Assembly (NCBI GenBank): GCA_039588295.1 | Contig: JBDHAB010000001.1 | Location: 256,001-320,000 of the forward strand | Direction of reading: 5' to 3' | Length of the DNA stretch: 64,000 nucleotides | Source of the DNA: Gemmatimonadota bacterium | GTDB taxonomy: Bacteria; Gemmatimonadota; Gemmatimonadetes; Gemmatimonadales; GWC2-71-9 | In this document: positions 29,321-38,360 of the stretch, in pieces | Layout: each line of letters starts with the position of its first letter | Position numbering within the stretch: position 1 is the stretch's first letter | Notes under the pieces: generated by a model | The model's database searches: none | The model's input: the letters and a program-made list of their open reading frames with translations, nothing else | Told to the model about the DNA's origin: nothing | Position numbers and translations under genes: made by a program

Positions 29321-30732
29321 ACCTCAGCCTGCTCGTCCTGCTTCTCTCTTACGCCGTCGGCCTGAGCGCTCTCGGTCTTTGGATTGGGCGCCGCGTGAAG
29401 ACGAGCGGCGCCTTTTTTGTCGCCGGACGCCGACTCGGTCCGTTGCTGATCTTCTCGACGGTTCTGGCGGCGAACATTGGCGCTGGATCGACGGTAGGCG
29501 CGGCTGGTCTTGGCTACCGCGACGGATTGAGCGCCTGGTGGTGGGTCGGGTCGGCGGCGATCGGGACCTTGTTCCTCGCCTTTTGGGTCGGGCCGCGCAT
29601 GTGGCGGATCGCCCAGGCCAAAGGGCTGTATACGGTCGGGGACTTTCTCGAGCTTCGCTACGGACGCTCGGTGCGGGCCGTGATCGCCGTGTTGCTGTGG
29701 TTGGGGACGCTCGCGATTCTGGCTGGGCAACTGATCGCCCTTGCGTGGGTGCTGAACGTCGTGGCGGGAGTGCCGAAGATCGCCGGATGTCTGATCGGTG
29801 GCGTCGTCATGACGGTCTACTTTGCGGCAGGAGGGCTCCTCACGTCAGCCTGGGTCAACGTCGTCGAGCTCGGTGTTCTCCTCCTTGGCTTCTTGATCGC
29901 CCTCCCGTGGGTGTTCGTCGATGCCGGCGGATGGGCTGCGGTCACGGCAGCCGCACCAGCGACGCAGTCCGAGTACTTCGGGTTCTTACATGGTGGGGGC
30001 TCGGGCTGGATGTACCTCGTATTGCTTGGGCCGGCGTTCATCATTTCGCCGGGTCTCATTCAGAAGGTCTATGGGGCACGGGATGAACGAACGGTCCGTT
30101 GGGGCGTTGGGATGAGTGGGCTGGTGCTCTTGGTGTTTGCCCTGCTTCCTCCACTCTTTGGCATGGCTGCGCGAGTCTACGCTCCCGAGCTCGCCAATCC
30201 CGAGCTCGCGTTGCCCACGGTGTTCACCGAGGGTCTGCCACTGGCACTGGGAGCCCTCGCGCTCGCAGCGGTGTTCTCGGCGGAAATCAGTTCGGCCGAC
30301 GCCATCCTGTTCATGTTGTCGACTTCGCTGTCCGAAGATCTCTACCGGCGATTCGTGCAGCCAGACGCGGCGGATGCGAAGGTGCTGCGTGTCGCGCGCC
30401 TCGCGGCGATTGCAGGCGGTGGCCTTGGAGTGGCCCTCGCCATCGTCCTCCCGTCGGTGATCAGCTCGCTCAGCATCTTTTACGCGTTGTTGGGGGTGAG
30501 TCTCTTCGTCCCCATCGTGGCTGGGCTCCACTCGACGCGACCGGGCGTACCCGAAGCCCTCGCGGCCATCGTCGGCGGGGTAATCGTCACGGCGGCTGCA
30601 CGACTGGCAGGGGTCTCGACTACGGGAGCGTGGAATGCGAACACCTGGGGGCTCCTCGCCTCCGGCGCCGCGTTCGGAATCGCCTTTGCGTTCCGCCGGA
30701 TTCGGGCTACATGGGCTCGAGCCGCGCCGTGA
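29317..30732 (+). CDS. Sodium:solute symporter family transporter
   Basis: About 13 TM helices; FFVAGR, AANIGAGSTVG, AEISSAD. ATGA-coupled to the peptidase. Confidence 0.92.
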   Translation: MNLSLLVLLLSYAVGLSALGLWIGRRVKTSGAFFVAGRRLGPLLIFSTVLAANIGAGSTVGAAGLGYRDGLSAWWWVGSAAIGTLFLAFWVGPRMWRIAQAKGLYTVGDFLELRYGRSVRAVIAVLLWLGTLAILAGQLIALAWVLNVVAGVPKIAGCLIGGVVMTVYFAAGGLLTSAWVNVVELGVLLLGFLIALPWVFVDAGGWAAVTAAAPATQSEYFGFLHGGGSGWMYLVLLGPAFIISPGLIQKVYGARDERTVRWGVGMSGLVLLVFALLPPLFGMAARVYAPELANPELALPTVFTEGLPLALGALALAAVFSAEISSADAILFMLSTSLSEDLYRRFVQPDAADAKVLRVARLAAIAGGGLGVALAIVLPSVISSLSIFYALLGVSLFVPIVAGLHSTRPGVPEALAAIVGGVIVTAAARLAGVSTTGAWNANTWGLLASGAAFGIAFAFRRIRATWARAAP

Positions 30733-32044
30733 AGTGCCGTAACACCGGAGCTTCGTAGATAAGTCGGAGACCGCCGATCGCGTCCCGCTCCGCGAGCAGC
30801 TTCGCACACACGTCTGTTACGAACCCGAGATGACTCGTCGTGTATACGCGGCGTGGAACGGCCAACCGAACGAGTTCTAACGCCGGCCACTCTCCCCCAG
30901 CGCCGAACATCAGCCCGCCGATTTCGACTCCGCGGATACCACCTTCGAGGTAGAGGGCGCAGGTGAGTGCTTGCGCCGGATACTGGTCTTGTGGGATGTG
31001 CGGCAGGAACCGACGCGCATCGAGGTAGACGGCGTGACCACCCACCGGCAGCACGATAGGAACTCCTGTTGCCTGGAGCGCGTCACCGAACGCCCGTACC
31101 TGACCGACCCGATGGGCGAGATAGCGTTCGTCCAGCACTTCGTCCAGTCCCTGCGCGATCGCCGCCATGTCGCGTCCGGCGAGTCCCCCGTAGGTGGGGA
31201 AGCCTTCGATGAGGATGAGCATGGTGGTGATCTTCGTCTTCAGCTCGTCGTCGTTCAGTGCGACGAAGCCGCCCATGTTGACGAGCCCGTCCTTCTTCGC
31301 CGACATCGTGCATCCGTCGGCCAGGGTGAAGAACTCACGCGTCAACTCGGGAATGCCCGCTTCCAACTTGCTGCGGATCTTGTTGAAGTACGCGTTCTCG
31401 GCAAAGCGGCAGGCGTCGTAGAAGAATGCGATGCCGTGCTTGCGACACCACGTGCTCACCTGGCGCGCGTTATCGAGACTGACGGGCTGCCCACCACCGG
31501 AGTTGTTCGTGATCGTGAGCAGCACGAGGGGGATGCGCCCGCGCCCGACCTCGGCGAGCACACGATCCAGCTTGCTGATGTCCATGTTCCCCTTGTAGGG
31601 AAGTTCCTTGACCGGATCGTAGGCGTCGTCGATCACGCAGTCGACCGCGACGCCTCCGTTGTGTTCGATGTTCGCCCGGGTCGTATCGAAGTGGATGTTG
31701 TTTGGGATATGGTCCCCTTCGTTTACGAGGGCGGTGAACAGCAGGTTCTCCGCCATGCGGCCTTGATGGGTCGGAATCACATGTCGGAAACCGGTAATGC
31801 GACGGATCGCGTCCTCGAACGTGAAGTAGTTGCGGCTTCCGGCGTACGACTCGTCTCCGGTCATGAGCGCAGCCCACTGCCGATCCGACATCGCCGACGT
31901 TCCCGAGTCGGTGAGCAGGTCGATCGTGATCAGACGCGCGGGAACATTGAACACGTTGTACCCTGCCTCACCAAGCGCATGCGCTCGCTCTGGGCGCGAC
32001 GTGATCGGTATCGCTTCGACGGATTTGATCTTGAACGGTTCCAT
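30707..32044 (-). CDS. tnaA: Tryptophanase
   Basis: EPFKIK, DLLTDSGT, GDESY, HQGR, SAKKD (PLP lysine). C-terminal LRHFTA is the tryptophanase form; tyrosine phenol-lyase has LRFFTA. Confidence 0.88.
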   Translation of the reverse strand: MEPFKIKSVEAIPITSRPERAHALGEAGYNVFNVPARLITIDLLTDSGTSAMSDRQWAALMTGDESYAGSRNYFTFEDAIRRITGFRHVIPTHQGRMAENLLFTALVNEGDHIPNNIHFDTTRANIEHNGGVAVDCVIDDAYDPVKELPYKGNMDISKLDRVLAEVGRGRIPLVLLTITNNSGGGQPVSLDNARQVSTWCRKHGIAFFYDACRFAENAYFNKIRSKLEAGIPELTREFFTLADGCTMSAKKDGLVNMGGFVALNDDELKTKITTMLILIEGFPTYGGLAGRDMAAIAQGLDEVLDERYLAHRVGQVRAFGDALQATGVPIVLPVGGHAVYLDARRFLPHIPQDQYPAQALTCALYLEGGIRGVEIGGLMFGAGGEWPALELVRLAVPRRVYTTSHLGFVTDVCAKLLAERDAIGGLRLIYEAPVLRHFTARLEPM

Positions 32045-32232
32045 GCTGTGCCGAGGTGTCGATGGTTGGGTGACGGGAACGCGCTCGGGTGCGTGGGAGG
32101 CCAGCGCACCGAAGCTGTTCCATGGCAGGTGGAAGATACGAAACGGGCGGCGACGTTACGAGTTGCGGTGCCTGTCCGGAACGGGGTCGCGGTGCCGACC
32201 GTGAATCACGGGTCCGGGCGGCGGCCGTGACC

Positions 32233-32261
32233 TTGCGTTAGCCCCCCAGAATTGGTAATTT
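32233..32261 (+). promoter_or_regulatory. sigma70 promoter of the dtxR-feoB operon
   Basis: TTGCGT, 17 bp spacer, TAATTT with extended -10 TG. Confidence 0.65.
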
Positions 32262-32273
32262 AGGTGGACCTAA
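32260..32273. promoter_or_regulatory. DtxR/MntR(SirR)-family operator
   Basis: Palindrome TTAGGT-gg-ACCTAA in AT-rich context, overlapping the -10/TSS, directly upstream of a DtxR-family gene. Confidence 0.85.
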
Positions 32274-32332
32274 TTCAGTGACCTGTTGCCTCGGGCTTGG
32301 AAGTTCCAGCGGTCCGGGGTCATGAGGCGTTC

Positions 32333-33373
32333 ATGGTCAGTCCAGCAGTAGCCCTACTCATTTTCGGTGCCGCTGCCCTGCTTCTTGCCGGGGTGTTTTG
32401 GCCGCGGCAGGGCCTGGTCGCTCGGCTCATGCGCCTCGCAGCCCTGACCGAGCGCGTGCGGCTCGAGGACGCGGTGAAGCACCTGCACGACTGTGACTAT
32501 CGAGGTCAACCAGCCTCGGTCGAGAGCGTGGCAGGGGCCTTGGAGGTAACACGGGCTCGTGCGGTGGGCTTCGTTGCGCGGCTCGAGGCACTGGGGCTCG
32601 TCCGGACTTCGGCGGAGCGTGTGGTACTCACGTCGGTGGGCCGGGCCGAGGCGCTCAGGCTGCTGCGCAGCCATCGCTTGTGGGAGCGCTACTTGGCAGA
32701 TCGCACCGGTTTGGGGCCTGCCGAGTGGCACGACGAGGCGGAACGCCTCGAGCACAGGCTCTCACCCACCAAGGTCGAGGCGTTGGCGTCATCGATGGGG
32801 CATCCGGTTTACGACCCCCATGGTGATCCCATCCCTACGGCCGCGGGCAAGCTCCCGCCGCGCGCCGGGTTTGCCGTGACTGCGCTGCGGCCGGGCCAGG
32901 CTGCGTCGATCGTGCACTTGGAGGACGAGCCGCGAGCGGTGTTCGAGCAGCTGGTCGCGGCCGGGCTGGCCCCGGGAATGCAAGTGCAGCTCCTCGATGC
33001 GTCCGCCGAGCGCGTTCGCCTGTTGGCCGACGGGCGGGTGCATGCGCTCGAGCCGGTGATCGCCACGAACATCACGGTCGCACCGACTGAGGGGCTGCCG
33101 GAACCCGCCGGGCCGTTCGAAACCCTGGCGGATTTGGAAACCGGAGACCGCGTTGTCGTGCGTGACATCGCGCCGGTGTGCCAGGGTCCCCAGCGGCGAA
33201 GGTTGCTGGACCTCGGCCTGGTGCCGGGCACGGAGGTCGCGGTGGAGTTCAGGGGTCCCCTCGGTGAGCCGATCGCCTATCGCATTCGGGGTGCCGTAAT
33301 CGCGTTGCGACGCGAACAGGCGGAGCTGGTGCGGATCGAGCGAGATGGCGCGTCTGTTGAGGCCGCGACGTGA
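32333..33373 (+). CDS. DtxR/MntR-family metalloregulator with N-terminal TM helix and two FeoA domains
   Basis: EDAVKHL, RSHRLWERYL, EAERLEH, DPHGDPIP; two FeoA-like SH3 domains (GLAPG..., RRLLDLGLVPG...IALRRE). Confidence 0.9.
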   Translation: MVSPAVALLIFGAAALLLAGVFWPRQGLVARLMRLAALTERVRLEDAVKHLHDCDYRGQPASVESVAGALEVTRARAVGFVARLEALGLVRTSAERVVLTSVGRAEALRLLRSHRLWERYLADRTGLGPAEWHDEAERLEHRLSPTKVEALASSMGHPVYDPHGDPIPTAAGKLPPRAGFAVTALRPGQAASIVHLEDEPRAVFEQLVAAGLAPGMQVQLLDASAERVRLLADGRVHALEPVIATNITVAPTEGLPEPAGPFETLADLETGDRVVVRDIAPVCQGPQRRRLLDLGLVPGTEVAVEFRGPLGEPIAYRIRGAVIALRREQAELVRIERDGASVEAAT

Positions 33374-35613
33374 CCTCAACGGCGGCCGCTCCCTGTGTGG
33401 GGTGTCATGCGAATCGGGCGAGCAGCCTTGTTCAGCTGGGTGTCCGGCCGGGCCGATGGGACTATCTCGTCGCGCTCGCCGGGAATCCCAACACCGGGAA
33501 GAGCACGGTCTTCAACGCCCTGACTGGGCTGCGTCAACACACCGGGAACTGGCCTGGTAAGACGGTCGTTCGCGCGGAGGGCGGCTTCGAACTCCACGAC
33601 GCTCGGGTCAAGCTCATCGATCTGCCGGGTACGTACTCCCTCCAGGCGGGGAGCGCCGACGAGGAAGTCGCACGCGATTTCATTCTGTTCGGTCGACCCG
33701 ACGTGACGGTCGTGGTAGTCGACGCGACCCGCCTCGAGCGGAACTTGAACCTGGTGCTCCAGATTCTCGAGATCACCGATCGGGTCGTCGTGTGTCTCAA
33801 CCTCATGGACGAGGCTCGCCGTCATGGCGTGGGCATCGACGTTGCCAAGCTCGCCAAGGAACTGGGCGTGCCGGTCATCCCGACCGTGGCCCGCCAGGGC
33901 AACGGCGTTCCCGAGTTGCTGGAGGCGATCCACGAGGTGGCCACCGGGGCAGTGACGACGGCGCCGTTTCGGATCGAGCGGCACCCAGCGGACGTTGAAG
34001 CCGCCATCGGTACACTCGTCCGGACGATCCGTGAGTCCTACCCCGAGCTCCCCAATGCCCGGTGGGTGGCGCTGCGCCTGCTCAATGCGGATGAGCGAGT
34101 CGAATCCGCGGTACGGGCGGGCGATTTGGGCGATCTGTCGGAACGTCCGTGGCTCGAGGCCGGCGAGACGGTCGCGGTGGAGTCGGATCCGGGTGCGTCT
34201 CCCGTGGGGGAGCGGATTCTCGACCACGCGACCTCGCTTCGATGGACGCTCAGCCCCCGGTTCCACGACTCGTTGACCGAGAGTATGTACGGCGAGGCGC
34301 AACGCATTGCCGGCGGGTCGATGGTGCGCGGCCTCAAGCGCACGAAGTTCGACATGGATCGCTTCCTCGACCGTCTATTGACGAGCAAGCGCTTCGGGTT
34401 CCCGATGATGTTGCTCATCCTGGCGCTTGTCTTCTGGGTCACGATCTCCGGGGCCAACGTCCCATCGCAGCTCCTCGCGACGTTGTTCATCGACACGTTA
34501 CATCCGGCGCTCACGGGATTCGCGGCTGCGATCGGGATTCCGCCGTGGATCAACGGTCTCGTGTTGGACGGGGTGTACCTCGCAACCGCCTGGGTCGTGA
34601 GCGTGATGCTGCCGCCGATGGCCATCTTCTTTCCGCTCTTCAGCCTGCTCGAGGACTTCGGTTACCTCCCCCGAGTGGCCTTCAACTTGGACACGCTCTT
34701 CAAGAAGGCGGGTGCGCACGGGAAGCAGGCGCTCACGATGTGCATGGGCTTCGGGTGCAACGCGGCGGGCGTGGTCGCGACGCGGGTCATCGACAGCCCA
34801 CGCGAGCGACTCATCGCAATCATCACCAACAACTTCTCGCTCTGCAACGGCCGCTGGCCCACACAGATTCTCATTGCGACGATCTTCATCGGCGCCCTCG
34901 CACCCGCGCATTTTGCGGGACTCGTAGCCGCGAGTGCCGTGGTCGGCATCGCGGTCCTCGGGATCGTCGCGATGTTCGTGGCGTCGTGGCTGCTCTCGCG
35001 CACGGTGTTGCGGGGCGAGGCAACCACGTTCAGTCTCGAGCTGCCGCCGTATCGTCCGCCGAGGATTCTCCAGACCCTCTATACGTCGATCATCGACCGC
35101 ACCCTCATCGTCTTGTGGCGAGCCGTTCTGTTCGCTGCACCGGCGGGGGCGGTGATTTGGCTGGTCTCGAACGTCTACATCGGCGATGCCAGCCTCGCGA
35201 AGCACCTGATCGACGTGCTCGATCCGTTCGGTCTGCTGATCGGACTCAACGGGGTCATTCTGCTGGCGTACGTTGTGGCGATCCCCGCAAACGAGATCGT
35301 GATTCCCACGGTCCTGATGTTGACGGTGCTGACGCTGGGTTTGGGCGACCTCGGATCTGGTGCCGGAGTGATGTTCGAGCTCAATTCGGCCTCGGCAACG
35401 GGAGACCTGCTGCGTGCGGGCGGGTGGACCCTCGTGACGGGCATCAACCTGATGCTCTTCAGCCTTCTCCACAATCCGTGTTCGACGACACTCTACACGA
35501 TCTACAGGGAAACCGGGAGCGCTAAGTGGACCGCTGTCGCGACGCTGCTGCCGCTCGGCATGGGATTCTCCGTGTGTTTCCTGGTCACGCAGGTCTGGTT
35601 ACTGCTGGCCTGA
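33370..35613 (+). CDS. feoB: Ferrous iron (or Mn) transporter FeoB
   Basis: GNPNTGKS, GNWPGKTV, DLPGTYS, LEDFGYLPR, GFGCN, LELPPY. Confidence 0.96.
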   Translation: MTSTAAAPCVGCHANRASSLVQLGVRPGRWDYLVALAGNPNTGKSTVFNALTGLRQHTGNWPGKTVVRAEGGFELHDARVKLIDLPGTYSLQAGSADEEVARDFILFGRPDVTVVVVDATRLERNLNLVLQILEITDRVVVCLNLMDEARRHGVGIDVAKLAKELGVPVIPTVARQGNGVPELLEAIHEVATGAVTTAPFRIERHPADVEAAIGTLVRTIRESYPELPNARWVALRLLNADERVESAVRAGDLGDLSERPWLEAGETVAVESDPGASPVGERILDHATSLRWTLSPRFHDSLTESMYGEAQRIAGGSMVRGLKRTKFDMDRFLDRLLTSKRFGFPMMLLILALVFWVTISGANVPSQLLATLFIDTLHPALTGFAAAIGIPPWINGLVLDGVYLATAWVVSVMLPPMAIFFPLFSLLEDFGYLPRVAFNLDTLFKKAGAHGKQALTMCMGFGCNAAGVVATRVIDSPRERLIAIITNNFSLCNGRWPTQILIATIFIGALAPAHFAGLVAASAVVGIAVLGIVAMFVASWLLSRTVLRGEATTFSLELPPYRPPRILQTLYTSIIDRTLIVLWRAVLFAAPAGAVIWLVSNVYIGDASLAKHLIDVLDPFGLLIGLNGVILLAYVVAIPANEIVIPTVLMLTVLTLGLGDLGSGAGVMFELNSASATGDLLRAGGWTLVTGINLMLFSLLHNPCSTTLYTIYRETGSAKWTAVATLLPLGMGFSVCFLVTQVWLLLA

Positions 35614-35751
35614 GCAGAATGGGCGGGGTTGGCGCCGCCGACGCAAGAGGGCGCCGGAACAACGGCGGTGTCCGGTGGTGGCACCCGGACAGCCGTGCCT
35701 GACGCCCTCCTGCTCGATGGGTGGCTCGCGGGCTCGTTGGCCCGCGACGGT

Positions 35752-36195
35752 CTACTGTGACGCCTGACGCAGATACTCGTAAATCGCCCGTGCTTCCTCG
35801 ACCGTCGTCCCCATGGGGACCATCGGAGTTCCGTACTCGGCGAGGAGCTCTTTGGCCGTCGCGTCGTCTCGCAGCATCGAATCCGGCCGCACGGTCATCC
35901 CCACGAACCAATCGTACTCGCGCCGCTCGGTCACACCCCGCAGTGCAGGACCGATCAGTCGCGTATCGAGCTGGTGGCAGCCGACGCAGCCGCGCGACTG
36001 GAAGTAGCCTTCACCCTCGCTCGCGAGCGCTTCGTCGATCGGACCGCTCGGTGCCGCCATCGTCGCGGCGGGCGCGGTCTCGGTGACAGCCGGCTCCGCA
36101 GTGTCGGCCTGCTCAGTTTGCGCGCCTTCTCCGCCACAGCCAAACGCGAGTGCCACCATCAACAAGAAAGCACCATTCCGGGCTTGCATGTTCAC
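35752..36195 (-). CDS. Lipoprotein monoheme cytochrome c
   Basis: Lipobox-like LAFGC, Ala/Thr/Pro linker, CVGCH, IGPAL, distal Met (TPMVPM). Confidence 0.88.
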   Translation of the reverse strand: MNMQARNGAFLLMVALAFGCGGEGAQTEQADTAEPAVTETAPAATMAAPSGPIDEALASEGEGYFQSRGCVGCHQLDTRLIGPALRGVTERREYDWFVGMTVRPDSMLRDDATAKELLAEYGTPMVPMGTTVEEARAIYEYLRQASQ

Positions 36196-36358
36196 CTAAC
36201 TCCTTGTGTGAAGTACCCTCAATTGTCCAAATGACGCGGGCGCACCCTCTCCAGGAGGAATACCCCCACGTCAGGCGAACAAGATGCACTCTCGTCGTGC
36301 AGAAGTGAAGGGGAGGAAACGAAGGATGACGGCCATCGCGACCGTCATCCCTACGAGG

Positions 36359-36742
36359 CTACTTCTCTTTGTGGCTCAAGCTCCATACGTACGCGCCAAC
36401 GGCTCGGATCTGCTTCTCCGAGAGTGCGCTCCCGCCCTTCGGCGGCATGACGGAACCTGTCGACGACTTGTCGGGGCTCACTCCGGCAAGGATGGACTTC
36501 ACGATTCCGTCGAGCGAGCCGTCGCTGTGCAGCCACTCGTCGTCCGTGAGGTCTGCCCCGAGGTTGGGGATGCCCTTCGCGGTAGAGCCATGGCAGGCTG
36601 CACACAAGCCCTGACCCTTGTAGAGCGAGGCACCCTCCTCGATCATCTGTTTCGTGACCTCTTCCTTTTGTGCTTGCGCCAGACCCACCGAGAGTGTGGT
36701 AACGAGTGCCGCAAGGGCGAACGTACGGATCAGCCGTCCCAT
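36359..36742 (-). CDS. Periplasmic class I monoheme cytochrome c
   Basis: Signal peptide (AQA), CAACHG, GADLTDDEW, MPPKGG; GGAGG SD. Confidence 0.9.
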   Translation of the reverse strand: MGRLIRTFALAALVTTLSVGLAQAQKEEVTKQMIEEGASLYKGQGLCAACHGSTAKGIPNLGADLTDDEWLHSDGSLDGIVKSILAGVSPDKSSTGSVMPPKGGSALSEKQIRAVGAYVWSLSHKEK

Positions 36743-36761
36743 GCTTCATCCCTCCGATGTC

Positions 36762-37967
36762 TTAGAATGCTGTCGAGAGCCCGATCGTCCACCGGGCTTC
36801 GTCCAGCTGGGTGTCCCACGTTGCTTCTCCGAGCACTCTGAAGTTTCGCCTCACTAGATACCCCGCGCCAGCGGTGAGCGTTTCATAGCGCCCGATGTTC
36901 CCCGGGGCACCGAGCCGCACGTTGAGCAGAGGGCGATCGGCGTCGATGAGGTTGTAGAGTCCCAGGACGTACCAGCGTGCGTTGGCTGGGTGCAGCACCA
37001 GCTCGGCAAACCCGCCATCCAGGGTTGCCTCGGGCTCGCCAGACGTAAAGGTCGGCGTGTCGTCCTCTCGGTGGAGATACTGCACGTTCAACTCGATCGG
37101 CCCTGCCGTGACTGTCGCGTCGGCCCCGGCCATCCAGACGGTATTCTTGACCGTTGGTCCGGTGCCGACTGCTCCCTCCTGTTGTCCGAAGTATCCCATG
37201 GCGCCGAGGCGGAGGTTGGGTGTAAGGTCGCGCGTTACGTGACCGAATACGTTCTTGAAGGGATCGTTGTCGAGTCGGCGGTTCGGCTCCGCTTCCCCTC
37301 TGCCGTTCCCATTCACGACCTCGCCCGTGATTGTAAAGCCCGCGACATCGACCATCACCATCAGACCGCGGTCGTAAGTGAGGTCGGTTGGCTGCAGGCC
37401 GACTCGAGCACGGTAGACGGCGTAATCGTGGTTCTCCAACCGAAGCTCTCGCTTGAACATGGGGTCCGACACCTGAAACTGTCCGGCCGCGAGGTCGATC
37501 GGCTGCCCGGCGATGTTGTCGAGGTACACAAATGCATCCTCGATGCCTCCGACTTCCCCGCGCTCGAACAGGAAGAAGTAGAGGTAGTACGAGAACTTCC
37601 GCGAGATCGGCCCACCGGAGAGAATCTTGACGTTGTACGGGGTTTGTAGGTCGGAGCCGGACTCACCGGCGGTATACGCGCTGATGTACGCGTCCACCCG
37701 GATCGCGAGTGGGAGATCGCGATAGAGTTGGAGGAGTTCGTCACCCGTGTTGATGGTGTCGCGCGGCGGCGCGTTGGCACTCATGCGGAAGCCGTTTCCG
37801 GCGTACTGTTCCCCAAACGCGTTGAGCTTTGGAAGCAGCGTGTGACAGAGACTGCAGCTCACGCGATGGCGCCTGGCAAAGGCCGGAATGAGAGATGCGT
37901 CGGCGATGGGTGCTGCGACACAGGCGATGGCGAGTATGAAGGTGGTGATTCGAGCGGCCCGCAGCAT
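36762..37967 (-). CDS. Cyc2-like monoheme cytochrome c-porin fusion
   Basis: Signal peptide, IPAFARR-x4-CSLCH-x3-PKLNAFG-x5-NGF, then beta-strand-rich body ending in Phe (WTIGLSTAF). Confidence 0.8.
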   Translation of the reverse strand: MLRAARITTFILAIACVAAPIADASLIPAFARRHRVSCSLCHTLLPKLNAFGEQYAGNGFRMSANAPPRDTINTGDELLQLYRDLPLAIRVDAYISAYTAGESGSDLQTPYNVKILSGGPISRKFSYYLYFFLFERGEVGGIEDAFVYLDNIAGQPIDLAAGQFQVSDPMFKRELRLENHDYAVYRARVGLQPTDLTYDRGLMVMVDVAGFTITGEVVNGNGRGEAEPNRRLDNDPFKNVFGHVTRDLTPNLRLGAMGYFGQQEGAVGTGPTVKNTVWMAGADATVTAGPIELNVQYLHREDDTPTFTSGEPEATLDGGFAELVLHPANARWYVLGLYNLIDADRPLLNVRLGAPGNIGRYETLTAGAGYLVRRNFRVLGEATWDTQLDEARWTIGLSTAF

Positions 37968-38051
37968 GATGGGCTCCTGAAAGGGAGGTTCGTGGTGCTA
38001 CAGGATCAAAACACTTCGGATTGTGACGCCGCGAACGCGCGACCTAGACCG

Positions 38052-38273
38052 CTAGTGCTGCTGGGGATGTGAGTCGTGCGTTCGGGTATCGAGATGAAGG
38101 AGCGTATACAGAGGACAACTGTGGGTCAACGCGGTGGCAGCAAAGAGGAGCGCAAACACGGCGGCAACGAGAGAAATCACCACCTGCTCGTTGAACACCG
38201 TCGCGACGATCAGCAGAACTACGGCGCATGCGCCGCGAATCCAGGCATCCATCCTGCCGATGTTGGGTTGCAT
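38052..38273 (-). CDS. DUF2892 (YgaP-like) small membrane protein
   Basis: N-I-G-x-x-D-x-x-I-R, two TM helices, CPLY. Confidence 0.85.
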   Translation of the reverse strand: MQPNIGRMDAWIRGACAVVLLIVATVFNEQVVISLVAAVFALLFAATALTHSCPLYTLLHLDTRTHDSHPQQH

Positions 38274-38360
38274 GGCACCCCGTCCATTTGACATGCCATG
38301 CAGAACTTTGGGGACGCTGTATGAAGCTATCCATAACGCAATGTGAAGGTGCGTTCCGAC

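Noticed and set aside
32045..32123. Out-of-frame upstream ATG before tnaA as a TnaC-like leader peptide
   Set aside because: The frame runs into tnaA and lacks the Trp/Asp/terminal Pro pattern of TnaC.
33394..33408. CxxCH in FeoB as a heme c site
   Set aside because: No signal peptide; it precedes the cytoplasmic GTPase domain, out of reach of cytochrome c maturation.
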